Source: a virus (Duplodnaviria > Caudoviricetes). Taken from it: a stretch of 61,271 bases of DNA. The DNA is taken from IMG/VR virus record IMGVR_UViG_3300032083_000576, positions 1-61,271 of that record; one strand, written 5' to 3'. The position numbers were made by a program, and so were the translations under genes. The notes under the pieces were generated by a model, which was given only the letters and a program-made list of their open reading frames with translations, was not told where the DNA came from and ran no database searches. This document shows positions 8,401 to 19,120 of this stretch, in pieces. Within the stretch, counting starts at the first letter, position 1. Every line of letters starts with the position of its first letter.

Positions 8401-10154
8401 TGAAGAAAATAGTTTTTACAATTTTATTTATAGTTTTACTTTTTCCGTTAGCGTTTCAAACAACTCCGTTAGAAGTATTAAAACTAAAAACATTTGATGC
8501 TTTTCTTCCTAAACAACAACCTTCTGGTTATTTTACAATTTTAAATATTACAGAAGAAGACATAACAAACGAGGGGGGATATCCTTTATCCAGACAGACC
8601 TTAGCACAAATACAAATTAACTTATTACGGAAAGGTGCGATAGGTGTCGGGTGGGTTGTTGCTTTTCCACAACCCGATAGATTCGGAGGAGATTTCGAAT
8701 TTATGGAAGCGCTAGGTTTTGCTCCTAGTGTGTTAGCTATGTATGAAAACGATACAGATAATTACCCACCGACCACAGGGACAGTAATTTTAGGAGAAAA
8801 TATCGGGGGGATAGAAGCTCAAGGAGTGGTACAAAACATAGACGTCTTAAAACAAAATGCGTCTCAAGGAATTGCAGTAGCTAGACCTGAAGTTGATTCT
8901 TTAGTTCGTAGATTACCTTTGTTATTAAGAACTCCTGATGGATTCGTGCCAGCTTTTGGAACAGAAGTTTTAAAAATATTAGCTGGAGCAGATACCTATG
9001 TTATTAAAACAAACGAAAATGGTTTAGAAGAAATAAGAGTAAAAGGTTTACCTTCTGTTCCTGTAGATTCTTACGGTAGAAAATGGGTAAGTTGGGTAGA
9101 TACCCCACAGACCACGTTACAAGAAATGAACGTAGAAAATAAGTTTGTTTTTGTGGGGTTTACTGCTAAAGGAATTATGCCCCAGTTAAGTACCCCTGTT
9201 GGCTATCTTGAGCCTCATAAAATACAAACCGCATTAGCCGAAAGTATTCTTATAGAAAATAGTCCATACGTACCTGATTATGCTTTAGCTGTAGAGCTTC
9301 TTATCTTTTCTGTAGTTATAAGCTTAATCTGGTTAGTTTTAAACGTATTCGGAATAACCTCTGGAATAGTATTAGCTACCCTTATTTCTTTCTTAACTGC
9401 GTTTTCTGGGCTTTATTTAATAAAAAACGGGTTATTAATAGACGTAACATGGACATTAATAGCTGGAATCTTAACAGGGACAACAGCTTTTTATATAAAC
9501 TATCGGACACAATTTAAATTACGTCAACAGATTAAAAAACAATTTGAACATTATTTAGATCCTCGCCAAGTAAAACAACTACAAAACAATCCTGAGTTAT
9601 TAAAATTAGGAGGTGAAAAAAGGTACTGTACCTTTCTGTTCACAGATGTAAGGGGATTTACAGCTATGAGCGAAAGTATGCCTCCAGAAGAAGTTACTAT
9701 AATTATGAATAAAGCATTGACTATTCAACAAAAAGTTGTACAAAAACATGGGGGCATGGTGGATAAATATATAGGCGATGCAATGATGGCTATCTTTAAC
9801 GCACCGTTAGATTTAGAAAACCATGCACATAAAGCAGTTCTTGCTGCTATAGAGATACAACAACTTATAAAAGAAGAAAATATTGGAATAGAAATCGGAG
9901 TTGGATTAAATACAGGTGACGCTGTTATTGGCAACATGGGCAGTGACACTCGTTTCGATTACACCGCTATTGGCGACGCTGTAAACACTGCGGCTAGAAT
10001 GGAGAGTAGTTGTAAGGAAGTAGGAGAAGATATAGTGATTACGGAAAACACAGCATCACAAACTCAAATAGAACTTAGACCATTAAAACCTATAAAAGTT
10101 AAGGGGAAAGAAAAAACAATTAATATATACACAGTCAATGATCTTGAAGTATAA
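8400..10154 (+). CDS. CHASE2-domain class III adenylate cyclase
   Basis: N-terminal TM, CHASE2-like region (ITEEDI...YPLSR, FPQPDR, DSLVRRLPL, TPVG), three TM helices, cyclase core FTDVRGFT, VDKYIGDAMMA, GNMGS, DYTAIGDAVNTAARME; Lys and Thr specificity residues favour ATP. Confidence 0.93.
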   Translation: MKKIVFTILFIVLLFPLAFQTTPLEVLKLKTFDAFLPKQQPSGYFTILNITEEDITNEGGYPLSRQTLAQIQINLLRKGAIGVGWVVAFPQPDRFGGDFEFMEALGFAPSVLAMYENDTDNYPPTTGTVILGENIGGIEAQGVVQNIDVLKQNASQGIAVARPEVDSLVRRLPLLLRTPDGFVPAFGTEVLKILAGADTYVIKTNENGLEEIRVKGLPSVPVDSYGRKWVSWVDTPQTTLQEMNVENKFVFVGFTAKGIMPQLSTPVGYLEPHKIQTALAESILIENSPYVPDYALAVELLIFSVVISLIWLVLNVFGITSGIVLATLISFLTAFSGLYLIKNGLLIDVTWTLIAGILTGTTAFYINYRTQFKLRQQIKKQFEHYLDPRQVKQLQNNPELLKLGGEKRYCTFLFTDVRGFTAMSESMPPEEVTIIMNKALTIQQKVVQKHGGMVDKYIGDAMMAIFNAPLDLENHAHKAVLAAIEIQQLIKEENIGIEIGVGLNTGDAVIGNMGSDTRFDYTAIGDAVNTAARMESSCKEVGEDIVITENTASQTQIELRPLKPIKVKGKEKTINIYTVNDLEV

Positions 10155-10229
10155 TCATTTTATCAGTTCTTTACTGCAGCCTTCGGGAACGGCTTTATCC
10201 GCTAATAATGAATAAAATAAGGAAGGGGA

Positions 10230-10724
10230 ATGAGTAATTTTTTTGTAGTGGGATTACCTAGAAGCCGTACAGCTTGGTTGGCTAATTTCTTAACATACGA
10301 AAATAAATTCTGCTTTCACGAAGGCATCAACGGTTGTTCTACCCTAAAAGAATACAAAAACAAACTTGGGGACAATAAAGGAGACAGTTGTACTGCGTTA
10401 ATGTTATTAAATTTAAACAAAGAATTCCCTGAAGCTCCTGTAGTTGTTATTGAAACAGATACAAAAAGAGCTATAGAATTTTCTAAAGAAATTTACGGTA
10501 AAGACTTAACTCAAGAGATGAATGTATTAAATGAACAAATGAAGTTTATAAAAGGATTAAGGATAAGGTTAGAAAATTTAGATAATTCTCTTGAAGAAAT
10601 ATGGACATATTTAATCGGAACCTCGTACAATAAAGAAAGAGGGGATTTATTAAAAAATATGAACATCCAAACAAATAATTTTAATTACGACATAAAAGCT
10701 GCAGGAGAATTGTTATGCCGATAA
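10230..10724 (+). CDS. Sulfotransferase-like P-loop protein
   Basis: FFVVGLPRSRTAWLANFL resembles the PAPS-binding loop; CFHE motif. Confidence 0.6.
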   Translation: MSNFFVVGLPRSRTAWLANFLTYENKFCFHEGINGCSTLKEYKNKLGDNKGDSCTALMLLNLNKEFPEAPVVVIETDTKRAIEFSKEIYGKDLTQEMNVLNEQMKFIKGLRIRLENLDNSLEEIWTYLIGTSYNKERGDLLKNMNIQTNNFNYDIKAAGELLCR

Positions 10725-11797
10725 CTGCTGCATTAATAGCGGGAGGAAGTGCTATTCTTGGGAACCTAGTAGCTCCTGAACCCAAAGGCTCTAGTGGTGG
10801 GGTTTCTTCGTCAACTCAATCAGGAAACTCAGGATTAAATTATACACCTGTGGGATTAGAATCTTTAGAAATTACTCCTTTCGAATACAAACTTTTAAAC
10901 GAGATGTTTAAAGAACAACAAGAACCCCAAGAAATGATGTACGGTGGTCCTTTATATGCAAAAGGTGGGGGCGATTTAAATAAAGCACTTTTAGGGGCGG
11001 CAGGTTTAAGTATGATTCCAGGAACATTAGGAGATTTTGGAAGAACACTTTCAGGAGGATTAACTTCTATGGAGGAACAAGAGCCTAAAGGATTAATTTC
11101 TTTATTATTTGAACATTTTACTAAAGATGATGAAGAAGACGATAAAGAAGAATCTATCGTTCCTGGTCTACAAAACGGTGGTCCGCTATATTTAGCAGAA
11201 GGTGATGATATTTATAGACAAGAAGTAATAGCGCAAAGACCTGAAGGAATTATGTCTGTTGATAATGACATAGAACCAGACTTAAATATACCTGATCCTA
11301 AACCCACCGTTACAGATTTTAAAAAAGAATTAGACGACATGCTTAGACGTCAATTAATGCAAGATATAGTAATGAACGAAATACCTGATCTTGTTTCTGT
11401 ACTTATGTCGAATAGAAATCAAAAAGCTAATGTTAGTGGCAGAGGAAACATAGTTCCAGGAAGTGGACGTGGAAGTGGGAGATCTATATCTAATCAAGAT
11501 TTTAGAGTCGCAGGAACTACTGTGAATCCTTTCTCCTATAGAAGATTAAAAAACGGTGGTACAATGGTAGATGGAGTATTAGATAGACCTATGTTTGCGG
11601 CAAATTATATGCCTAACGGAGGGGAGATGGAAGGTCCAGGTGGTCCAAAAGACGATTTAATACCTGTGATGGCTAGTAATGGAGAGTTTATGTTATCTAA
11701 AGCAGCAGTTGATCAAGCAGGTGGCGGCAATCATTCTGAAGGAATTGCGATGTTAGAAGCTTTTAACGAATTAGGGAATCAAAGATATGGCAGATAG
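10715..11797 (+). CDS. Putative internal virion protein
   Basis: C-terminal GPGGPKDDLIPVMASNGEFMLSKAAV motif seen in virion proteins; repeated hydrophobic-x-x-GG. Confidence 0.6.
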   Translation: MPITAALIAGGSAILGNLVAPEPKGSSGGVSSSTQSGNSGLNYTPVGLESLEITPFEYKLLNEMFKEQQEPQEMMYGGPLYAKGGGDLNKALLGAAGLSMIPGTLGDFGRTLSGGLTSMEEQEPKGLISLLFEHFTKDDEEDDKEESIVPGLQNGGPLYLAEGDDIYRQEVIAQRPEGIMSVDNDIEPDLNIPDPKPTVTDFKKELDDMLRRQLMQDIVMNEIPDLVSVLMSNRNQKANVSGRGNIVPGSGRGSGRSISNQDFRVAGTTVNPFSYRRLKNGGTMVDGVLDRPMFAANYMPNGGEMEGPGGPKDDLIPVMASNGEFMLSKAAVDQAGGGNHSEGIAMLEAFNELGNQRYGR

Positions 11798-12968
11798 ATC
11801 AGAACGAGAATTTTCATCACAAGCACCTGCAGGTTATATAGGTGATTTTTTATCGCAAGGTATATTCCCTTATTTACAGGGTTTTATGCAAAACCAATTC
11901 GATAATATAGGAACACCTGACGCAACTCCATTTACATATACAGGCGATAGAATAGCTGAATTTGATCCTCGCGAACAATACGCGATGGATATGTCTGATG
12001 CGGCTATAGGTAGTTATCGACCATTTATTTCTGAAACCTCAGATATCTATAGAACAGGTATGGATGATTTTAGAAACATACAAGGAGCAGGTTTAGCCGC
12101 TTTTGGAGACGCAGGAGCAGCAACAGCCGCAAGTCGTGGAGATTTTGATCCATCGTCTATGTCTAGTTATTACAACCCTTTCGAAGAACAAGTAGTTCAA
12201 CAAACATTATCAGATATAAGTAGAGGATTATCTCAGGGTGATATGGCACTTAGAGACCAAGCAGTAAGTTCTGGAGCCTTCGGCGGTTCAAGAGGTAGAT
12301 TAACACAAGAAGAATTAGCTAGAAAAACTGGTAGAGGAGCCGCGGAAGCTGTAGCAGGTATACGGAGTGGGGGGTTTAGTGACGCTTTAAAAAATGCTAT
12401 GACTGGATTCGAAAGCGGAAGACAAAGAGATGCGAATGCAGCAGGTTTATTTACAGGTATTGGAAGTGACGTCGGTAGAGCAGGAATGCAGGGGGCAGGT
12501 ATTGCTCAGAGTTTCGGACAAGGCACAGCTAATTTAGGTTCGCAATTTGCAGGTCTTCAAGAAGGAGATATAAACCGTACTATGGGTATAGGTTCGTTAG
12601 GTAGAGGAAGATCGCAAGCGGGACTTGATAGAAATTATTCTGATTTTGTAGGTACTTATAATTTACCGATGACTACGTTAAGTAATACTGGTTCTATTTT
12701 AGGGGCTCTTGGACCAATGGCAGGTGGTTTTGGTTACGCAGGCAGTAGTGCACCAATGGATTACGGAACGAGTGGTCGACCTTTTTATCCAACCCAAACA
12801 ATGGGAGCTGTTGGCGGCGGTGGTATGGGTGGTGGTATGGGCGGCGGAGGATTTTTCGGTGGTGGTATCGGCAGTCTTCCTGGTGGTTTTTACGGCATGG
12901 GAGGCATGCCTAATTATGGTTCTACAGCTACTACAGGAACTTATGGCATTAATATGCCTGTAGCATAG
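11787..12968 (+). CDS. Gly-rich DNA-ejection/pilot-like protein
   Basis: YYNPFEEQVV...AVSSGAFGGSRG motif; Gly/Ala-rich. Confidence 0.65.
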   Translation: MADRSEREFSSQAPAGYIGDFLSQGIFPYLQGFMQNQFDNIGTPDATPFTYTGDRIAEFDPREQYAMDMSDAAIGSYRPFISETSDIYRTGMDDFRNIQGAGLAAFGDAGAATAASRGDFDPSSMSSYYNPFEEQVVQQTLSDISRGLSQGDMALRDQAVSSGAFGGSRGRLTQEELARKTGRGAAEAVAGIRSGGFSDALKNAMTGFESGRQRDANAAGLFTGIGSDVGRAGMQGAGIAQSFGQGTANLGSQFAGLQEGDINRTMGIGSLGRGRSQAGLDRNYSDFVGTYNLPMTTLSNTGSILGALGPMAGGFGYAGSSAPMDYGTSGRPFYPTQTMGAVGGGGMGGGMGGGGFFGGGIGSLPGGFYGMGGMPNYGSTATTGTYGINMPVA

Positions 12969-12976
12969 GGGTAAAT

Positions 12977-14590
12977 ATGGCAAACGGAAGACAAAGAAGC
13001 GGAGGATTAGGCGGATTACCATTTCCAACGTTTAATGCGGGCGGAGAAAAAGGTGTTATACCCCAACTACAACTTAGACCCGCACCAATAAACTTTCCAC
13101 GAGCAGGTGGCGGAGGGGGTTCGAGAAGCAAAGGTGTTAACCCTGCAGCATATTTTGCTCCTGGACTTCTTAGTTTATTAGGTGATAGAATTTTACCTAA
13201 ACCTGACGTAAAACAAAGACAACCCACAGGAGATGCTAGAATAGACAGAGCCACAGCACAAGCCGATAGGATATACGGAGCAGAAAGAGAAGCTCCTACA
13301 TTGTTCCAAGAACTCTTGCCTATGGGGATTGATGCATTAGCAGCCGCAGGATTTGGTGACGAAGGCGGAACACAGTATGCACAAACAGCTATTAATAGAA
13401 AGATAGCCAACAGGACTGCGGAAAGAAAATTAGCCGACGACAAAAGACAATTTATAAAAGAACAATTAGCTCCTGAATCAGCGCAATCAAGAACGATGAT
13501 AGACGCAGAAAAAATAAAAGTTGGGGTAGCAGATACTCGAAGAGGTTTCTTTTTACCGAAAGAACAAAGATTTAAAGTTTTTGATCCTAAAAACCCTAAA
13601 GCTAACGAAGACGGATTCGCTTATGCTAGTGATGTGGGTAAAGGCAGTTGGTTAGATGTAGATCAAACGGGGGGAGACAGTAGGGATTTAAGTTTCTTAA
13701 AAGACCCGCAATACGAAGCGTTATTTGAATTTAGTAAAACACAAAAAGAACAAGACAGTGCTTTATTAAGTACATTTGATGCAGTTAATAATGTTATAAA
13801 AGAATTAGATAAAGCAATAGATAATCCAGCATTAAATCCTGCTACAACCATAGCTACGGGGCTTAGATTCGTTGACGATCTTTATGCTAATATAGATCAA
13901 GTATTTGTTGATAAAGGCTACGAAAATGCGTTTAATCAAACCACAGGAGACGATAGTGGATTAGCTGCTCAAGATTTATGGCTTTCGTTAAAAGGTGGAA
14001 CTGATGATGAAATTAATAGAGCAACTAAAGCATTAGAAAACAAACTAGGTATTGATCTTTCCTCTAGGGAATATTTAGGAAGTCTAGCGTATAGTAATGT
14101 TCGATTAAGATCGCAAATGTTATCCCTTGCTTATGCTGCGGCTGCTTCGGCAGGTCAAACTGGCAGAACTTTATCTGATAAAGATTTAGCTTTTTTCCTA
14201 CAACAAGTAGGTTTTGGAGCATCACAAAATCCTTTAGTTTTGAAAGAAAATTTATTGCAATTTACTGACGGTGTTCAACGAAAAAATGATGATAGAATAC
14301 CTGTGTTTTTACCTAAACGAACACTAGCTCAATACAACCTAGATAATACTATTGTTCAATCAACTTTAGGTGAATACTATATTCCTACCAAAAATGAAGA
14401 AGGGAATGATAATTGGAAAGATTACCTAAATTATTCTACAAGAAATTTTGACATGCGGTATAAAGATGTTGAAACATATAAAAAATTCAAAACCCATAAA
14501 AGAGGTGTGTTTGATGGAACACCTGATTCTACACAAACAGAAGAAGAAAGTATTTTAGAACGTATTGAGTTGTTTCCAAACAGACCATAA
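12977..14590 (+). CDS. Putative internal virion/ejection protein
   Basis: 537 aa helical; GRTLSDKDL motif; position in block. Confidence 0.55.
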   Translation: MANGRQRSGGLGGLPFPTFNAGGEKGVIPQLQLRPAPINFPRAGGGGGSRSKGVNPAAYFAPGLLSLLGDRILPKPDVKQRQPTGDARIDRATAQADRIYGAEREAPTLFQELLPMGIDALAAAGFGDEGGTQYAQTAINRKIANRTAERKLADDKRQFIKEQLAPESAQSRTMIDAEKIKVGVADTRRGFFLPKEQRFKVFDPKNPKANEDGFAYASDVGKGSWLDVDQTGGDSRDLSFLKDPQYEALFEFSKTQKEQDSALLSTFDAVNNVIKELDKAIDNPALNPATTIATGLRFVDDLYANIDQVFVDKGYENAFNQTTGDDSGLAAQDLWLSLKGGTDDEINRATKALENKLGIDLSSREYLGSLAYSNVRLRSQMLSLAYAAAASAGQTGRTLSDKDLAFFLQQVGFGASQNPLVLKENLLQFTDGVQRKNDDRIPVFLPKRTLAQYNLDNTIVQSTLGEYYIPTKNEEGNDNWKDYLNYSTRNFDMRYKDVETYKKFKTHKRGVFDGTPDSTQTEEESILERIELFPNRP

Positions 14591-17500
14591 TGGTAGACAC
14601 AGCTAACCTTACAAAAGAATTCGTATTAAAAGAACTTGACAGAGGTGCTAAGGAGTTTAGTGAATACCCTATTTCCGACCTTAATCCGAATGTAACTTAC
14701 GGCGATATTTATAATACTGATCAATTAAAAGCAGGAGCTATCGCTGAAAGCCCCGTTCTACAGACCTATCTTTCTGTTTTAGAAGGTCCCGATAAAGTAA
14801 AACAAAAAATAGATGAATATAATCAAGCAGCACCTTCCTTAATCAGTTTTTATGACAGACCTCCCTCAACTTTAACAGAAGCAGATATTTTTCCTGAGTA
14901 TACTGCTAGAGCTCAACGATACGACAGAGAGGCAGACAGACGTAGTAGAGAAACTGCTTATTTAAGGGGTAATCTTCCTGAAAGTTTTTTAGAACCTGAA
15001 GCTCCTATGAAACCGATGGGCTATGACACAGCAATGCAGATCGCTGCCCGTGGATTTGATCCTCGTAAAGAAATAGATATAGAAGGAATTAATGAGTTTA
15101 GAAGAATAATGGCGGCACGTGGTCCCTATGTGCCAACTCCTGACGATTTAAATTACGCTAAACAATATTTAGGAACTGATTTAATGCAGCGTACAGATAA
15201 TCCAGATATTAGAGGAAAATTTGCTGAACTTCTTCCTGGAAAGTTTGCATATTTAAATCCTAAAAATCCTGATCTTGGCACTGTTTACGTTGAAGAGGGG
15301 AAAGAACCTGCTTTATACGATTCCCCATTATTTACAGGAACAGATGCTGTGGAGTTGTTTGTACAAGAAGCTCCTTTAATAGGAGCGGAAATATTAATAG
15401 GTGGAAAAGGTTTAAAATATTTTGATGAATTTTTAAAAGACGTTCCTACAGGGAAAAACTTTGCAAGAAAAGCATTAGAAGGCACAGCAGGCAATATTTT
15501 ATTATCAGGTGGTGTGGCTACTACTAGATTTTTACAATTAGCTTCGGGATCTTTTACAGGGGTTCATAACAGAGATGTGGTAGAGATGTTAGAAGAATCA
15601 GGGTATACAGCTATGCTCGCTTTTGCAGGCAATACGGCAATCTCTGCGTTTACAAGTGGCTTTCCTAAAGTATATAGAGGATTGTTTGGAAAAGATTTAT
15701 CTGCTACAGATTTAAAAAGAATAGAAGAAGCAATAAGTGCCAAACAAACAAGTGCTCAAGGTGGAAAAGTTAGGGCAATAGGGGGAGAAGAACCTGTCAG
15801 TCTTCTTGAAATAGACGAAGCATTAGAAAAACTTTCTGTAGACATGGTTGAAGGATTAAAATTTAAACCAACTTTAGCTCAAGCGTCAAAAGATTCATAT
15901 ATCGCTGATTTAGAAGAAATATTAATGAGTAATATAAACAACCCAGAATACGGTAAATTATATAAAGATATGCTCGATGGGAACGAAGAATTAATTCAAG
16001 ATTTATTTGGAAAAGTTTTTGAAAATTTAAATAACGACACCACAGGAAACACTGTAGCTAAATCTCTTACGAATTTATTCGGAAGAAAATCTGAAAACTT
16101 ACAAGACCAAGGTCTTGTTATTATGGCGGGCATCAAACAAAACATAGATAATATGAAATCAGCGTCTCAGGGCAAAAATTTATTAGACCAAGTAGTTGAC
16201 ATAGACGCTTCTTCTAAACTGATCCCTAGATATACAACTCGTTTAAATGAAATATCCCGTAATTATAAAAATCAATTATCAAAAGATGTAAACGATGCAT
16301 TCGATCTTCCTGAATTAGCAGATCTTAAATTTACGGGGAGAGGTTTTAGAGGGCAAATAAAAGCTTTTGAAAACGCAGGTAAACAAACACAAGGGTTAAA
16401 TGTTGGTCGTAAAGAAATAGAAAAAACATTTAAAGAGTTATTTGAACCACAGGTTTTAGAAAGACTTACTAGGTATACAGATGGTGATTTAACATTAAGA
16501 GAACTGAACGATGTTCGAATTCAGTTAAATTCTTTTGCCAGCACACTAGAGCCAGGAAAAAAAGTAGCTGATCAAAAAGTTTTTCAACTCAGTCGAGACT
16601 TACAAGAATCTATTGAAAATACCATGTTTAGTACGATAAGAAAAAATCTCCCTAAAGACCAAGCTAATTATGTTATTGAAACATTAAACGTACAAAAATA
16701 TGGAACAGAATTAGCTAACAATCAAGCTATAAAAGATTTATTACGAACCTCTCCTGAAGAAGTTGTTGGGTATTTATTTGCAGGAGGAAAAGGAAAAACA
16801 GTAAACACTAAAGCTAACAGTGTTATTGATTTTTTAAAAACAACAAACAGCGAACAAGAAATTAGTAGAATTAGAAACGACACAGTTGAGTTTATGAAAC
16901 GAAACTTTTTTGATGACCCTGATTTGTCTCCTGTCGAGCTAAGTAAAAATTATAGAAAATTCTTAGAAGAAAACAGATCAACTTTAAGGGCTATATTTCC
17001 CGATGATGAATTTAAAGGAATACTAAGAACTCGAAAAGATTTTGCAAAAAATATTTCCGAGCCCTTAGAACGATTAGAAAGAAAAAATAGATTGTTAACT
17101 ACAAAATTTGGAGAAGACACTCCCTTTAATATTGTTACTGAAATATTAGGAACAGGTTCAACTAAAAAAGCCAGTGGTGAGTTAGTAGACGATTTAAATT
17201 TTATCGACGACTTACTTGAGTCTGCAACAGGAGCTGAAAAAGAAATATTACAAAAACAAATAAGCGACGCAACTAAAAAATACATACTTATGCGCTCCTC
17301 TGTTGATGGTAGCTTTGATGTTAATATGTTAAATCAATTCATGAATGATGGATTTGCTCCTGCACAACTAGTTGGAGATGATTTAAGTTTTAAAGGTGTG
17401 ATTGGTAGATTAATTGATAATCCAGATGACTTTTTTACAAATCTTGAAGTTATGAGAGACATAGGAATGAGGACAAGTCAAGATTTAACAAGTCCAAGCG

Positions 17501-17892
17501 CTATGCGTAGACAAATAAGAGAACAAGTTTCTGACCCAGGAACAGAATATTTAAGAAGATTTTTTATACCCCCTTTGACACAGTTTGGAAGACGAGCAAC
17601 TGCGTTAGAAAACCTTGTTAAAGATAGAAATATAAGATTTTTAAGTAAAGTATTGACCGATGATGCATTATTTAAAAGATATGTTGACGGGATCAAGGGA
17701 ACTAAAAAAGCAGGAAATATCGCAAAATTACTTGCTGATTACGGTATAGTTCATTACACGGATATCGGAAGTACTGCTAAGTTTTATGATACAGTAGAAA
17801 AAGAACAAAGACCGTCGAGGACACAAGTACTTAGCTCAGATATGCGAGATGAATTAGAAAGATTACAACGATCAATAGGGGGGATGAACTAA
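14590..17892 (+). CDS. Large putative internal virion/ejection protein
   Basis: 1100 aa, helical, with hydrophobic segments; position typical of podoviral ejection proteins. Confidence 0.55.
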   Translation: MVDTANLTKEFVLKELDRGAKEFSEYPISDLNPNVTYGDIYNTDQLKAGAIAESPVLQTYLSVLEGPDKVKQKIDEYNQAAPSLISFYDRPPSTLTEADIFPEYTARAQRYDREADRRSRETAYLRGNLPESFLEPEAPMKPMGYDTAMQIAARGFDPRKEIDIEGINEFRRIMAARGPYVPTPDDLNYAKQYLGTDLMQRTDNPDIRGKFAELLPGKFAYLNPKNPDLGTVYVEEGKEPALYDSPLFTGTDAVELFVQEAPLIGAEILIGGKGLKYFDEFLKDVPTGKNFARKALEGTAGNILLSGGVATTRFLQLASGSFTGVHNRDVVEMLEESGYTAMLAFAGNTAISAFTSGFPKVYRGLFGKDLSATDLKRIEEAISAKQTSAQGGKVRAIGGEEPVSLLEIDEALEKLSVDMVEGLKFKPTLAQASKDSYIADLEEILMSNINNPEYGKLYKDMLDGNEELIQDLFGKVFENLNNDTTGNTVAKSLTNLFGRKSENLQDQGLVIMAGIKQNIDNMKSASQGKNLLDQVVDIDASSKLIPRYTTRLNEISRNYKNQLSKDVNDAFDLPELADLKFTGRGFRGQIKAFENAGKQTQGLNVGRKEIEKTFKELFEPQVLERLTRYTDGDLTLRELNDVRIQLNSFASTLEPGKKVADQKVFQLSRDLQESIENTMFSTIRKNLPKDQANYVIETLNVQKYGTELANNQAIKDLLRTSPEEVVGYLFAGGKGKTVNTKANSVIDFLKTTNSEQEISRIRNDTVEFMKRNFFDDPDLSPVELSKNYRKFLEENRSTLRAIFPDDEFKGILRTRKDFAKNISEPLERLERKNRLLTTKFGEDTPFNIVTEILGTGSTKKASGELVDDLNFIDDLLESATGAEKEILQKQISDATKKYILMRSSVDGSFDVNMLNQFMNDGFAPAQLVGDDLSFKGVIGRLIDNPDDFFTNLEVMRDIGMRTSQDLTSPSAMRRQIREQVSDPGTEYLRRFFIPPLTQFGRRATALENLVKDRNIRFLSKVLTDDALFKRYVDGIKGTKKAGNIAKLLADYGIVHYTDIGSTAKFYDTVEKEQRPSRTQVLSSDMRDELERLQRSIGGMN

Positions 17893-19118
17893 TGGGTCCA
17901 GGATTTGGCGGAATAAATATAGGTGGGTTTGCATTACCTGAACTTAACATGGAAGAAATCAATGCAGGGATAGCTTCACAACTTGGTCCCGAAATAGCAG
18001 CATTTCTTGCCGAACAAGAATTAGCTAATGCGACTAACGAATACGAAAAAGACGCGGCTGAAACAAAAGTAGAACAAATTAAAGAATATGAAGCTGGTCT
18101 TGGGTCATTACCCCCTGTTGTAGAACAAGTCATGAAAGAAATACAAGCGGGAGAAGGGATAGCTTCTGGGTATGAGGGTGATGGGTTTGAAAGGTCTATC
18201 GACGTTGCCCCTAGAGATCCGATCCAAGAAATAATAGAACAAATAATCGAAACATCAACTGAACCTAGTAGACTTGTGCCTAATCCTAATAATTTTGAAC
18301 AATTAGCTCCAGTAGCCCCAATAGGGGTGTCTAATAGTGCAATAGCTAATCGCCCTGTTTCATTAGAACCTGAATCTGAAACTGTTATGGCAGAAGATGA
18401 TCCATATTATAATCCTAACTATATGGGATTCGAGGATGAAAGATTGATTGGAATAGAAAATGAAGCTCCATATATTTCAAACGAGCCTTATATTCCTCCT
18501 GAATATATACCACCAAATATAATAGACCCTATTATAGAAGAACCTATTGTTGTTCCTCCTCCTCCGCCACCGCCAGAAGATATAAGTGGTTATGATGATA
18601 TTATTACACTGCCTTCTGCACCCCCAGAAGAACCTGTTGTAGACCCAGAAAATCCATATAATAATCCGTATTATCCTTTCCCTTATGGCAATGTCTATAA
18701 TCCAACAGTTTATGGTCAAATGGATCCTTCACAAACTACGGGTAGTGAAGCAGTTTTTGATCCAGGATATACACGAACAAATCCTGCGATATCTGATTTA
18801 ATTATGCAACAAAGAGAAGCATATAATTCAGCATTACGAAATCCAGTATATAGGGCTCCCGATACAGTACAACCTGATTATGTAAGACCGATGTCTGCCG
18901 CAGAATTCGGTAGTGTTCCTGGAAGATATACACCACCTACAACAGCACGACCTCTCGTAGACCCAAAAGAACAAAATATAAATACTGATTTAGGTTTTCT
19001 AGCAATGAACCGTGGTGGATCCCTAAACAACCGTATGGGATTAGGGGGGTTGCCCCCGATGCAACAAAACGATAAACTAACACAACTATTCGCACAGTCT
19101 TTTAGACCAAGGAGATAA
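17892..19118 (+). CDS. Pro/acidic low-complexity protein
   Basis: PPPPPPP tract, NPY repeats, MNRGG near C-terminus. Confidence 0.65.
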   Translation: MGPGFGGINIGGFALPELNMEEINAGIASQLGPEIAAFLAEQELANATNEYEKDAAETKVEQIKEYEAGLGSLPPVVEQVMKEIQAGEGIASGYEGDGFERSIDVAPRDPIQEIIEQIIETSTEPSRLVPNPNNFEQLAPVAPIGVSNSAIANRPVSLEPESETVMAEDDPYYNPNYMGFEDERLIGIENEAPYISNEPYIPPEYIPPNIIDPIIEEPIVVPPPPPPPEDISGYDDIITLPSAPPEEPVVDPENPYNNPYYPFPYGNVYNPTVYGQMDPSQTTGSEAVFDPGYTRTNPAISDLIMQQREAYNSALRNPVYRAPDTVQPDYVRPMSAAEFGSVPGRYTPPTTARPLVDPKEQNINTDLGFLAMNRGGSLNNRMGLGGLPPMQQNDKLTQLFAQSFRPRR

Positions 19119-19120
19119 AT

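Noticed and set aside
10155-10229. Small AGCC/GGCT hairpin after the cyclase gene as a riboswitch or terminator
   Set aside because: Stem too short and no match to a motif I can name
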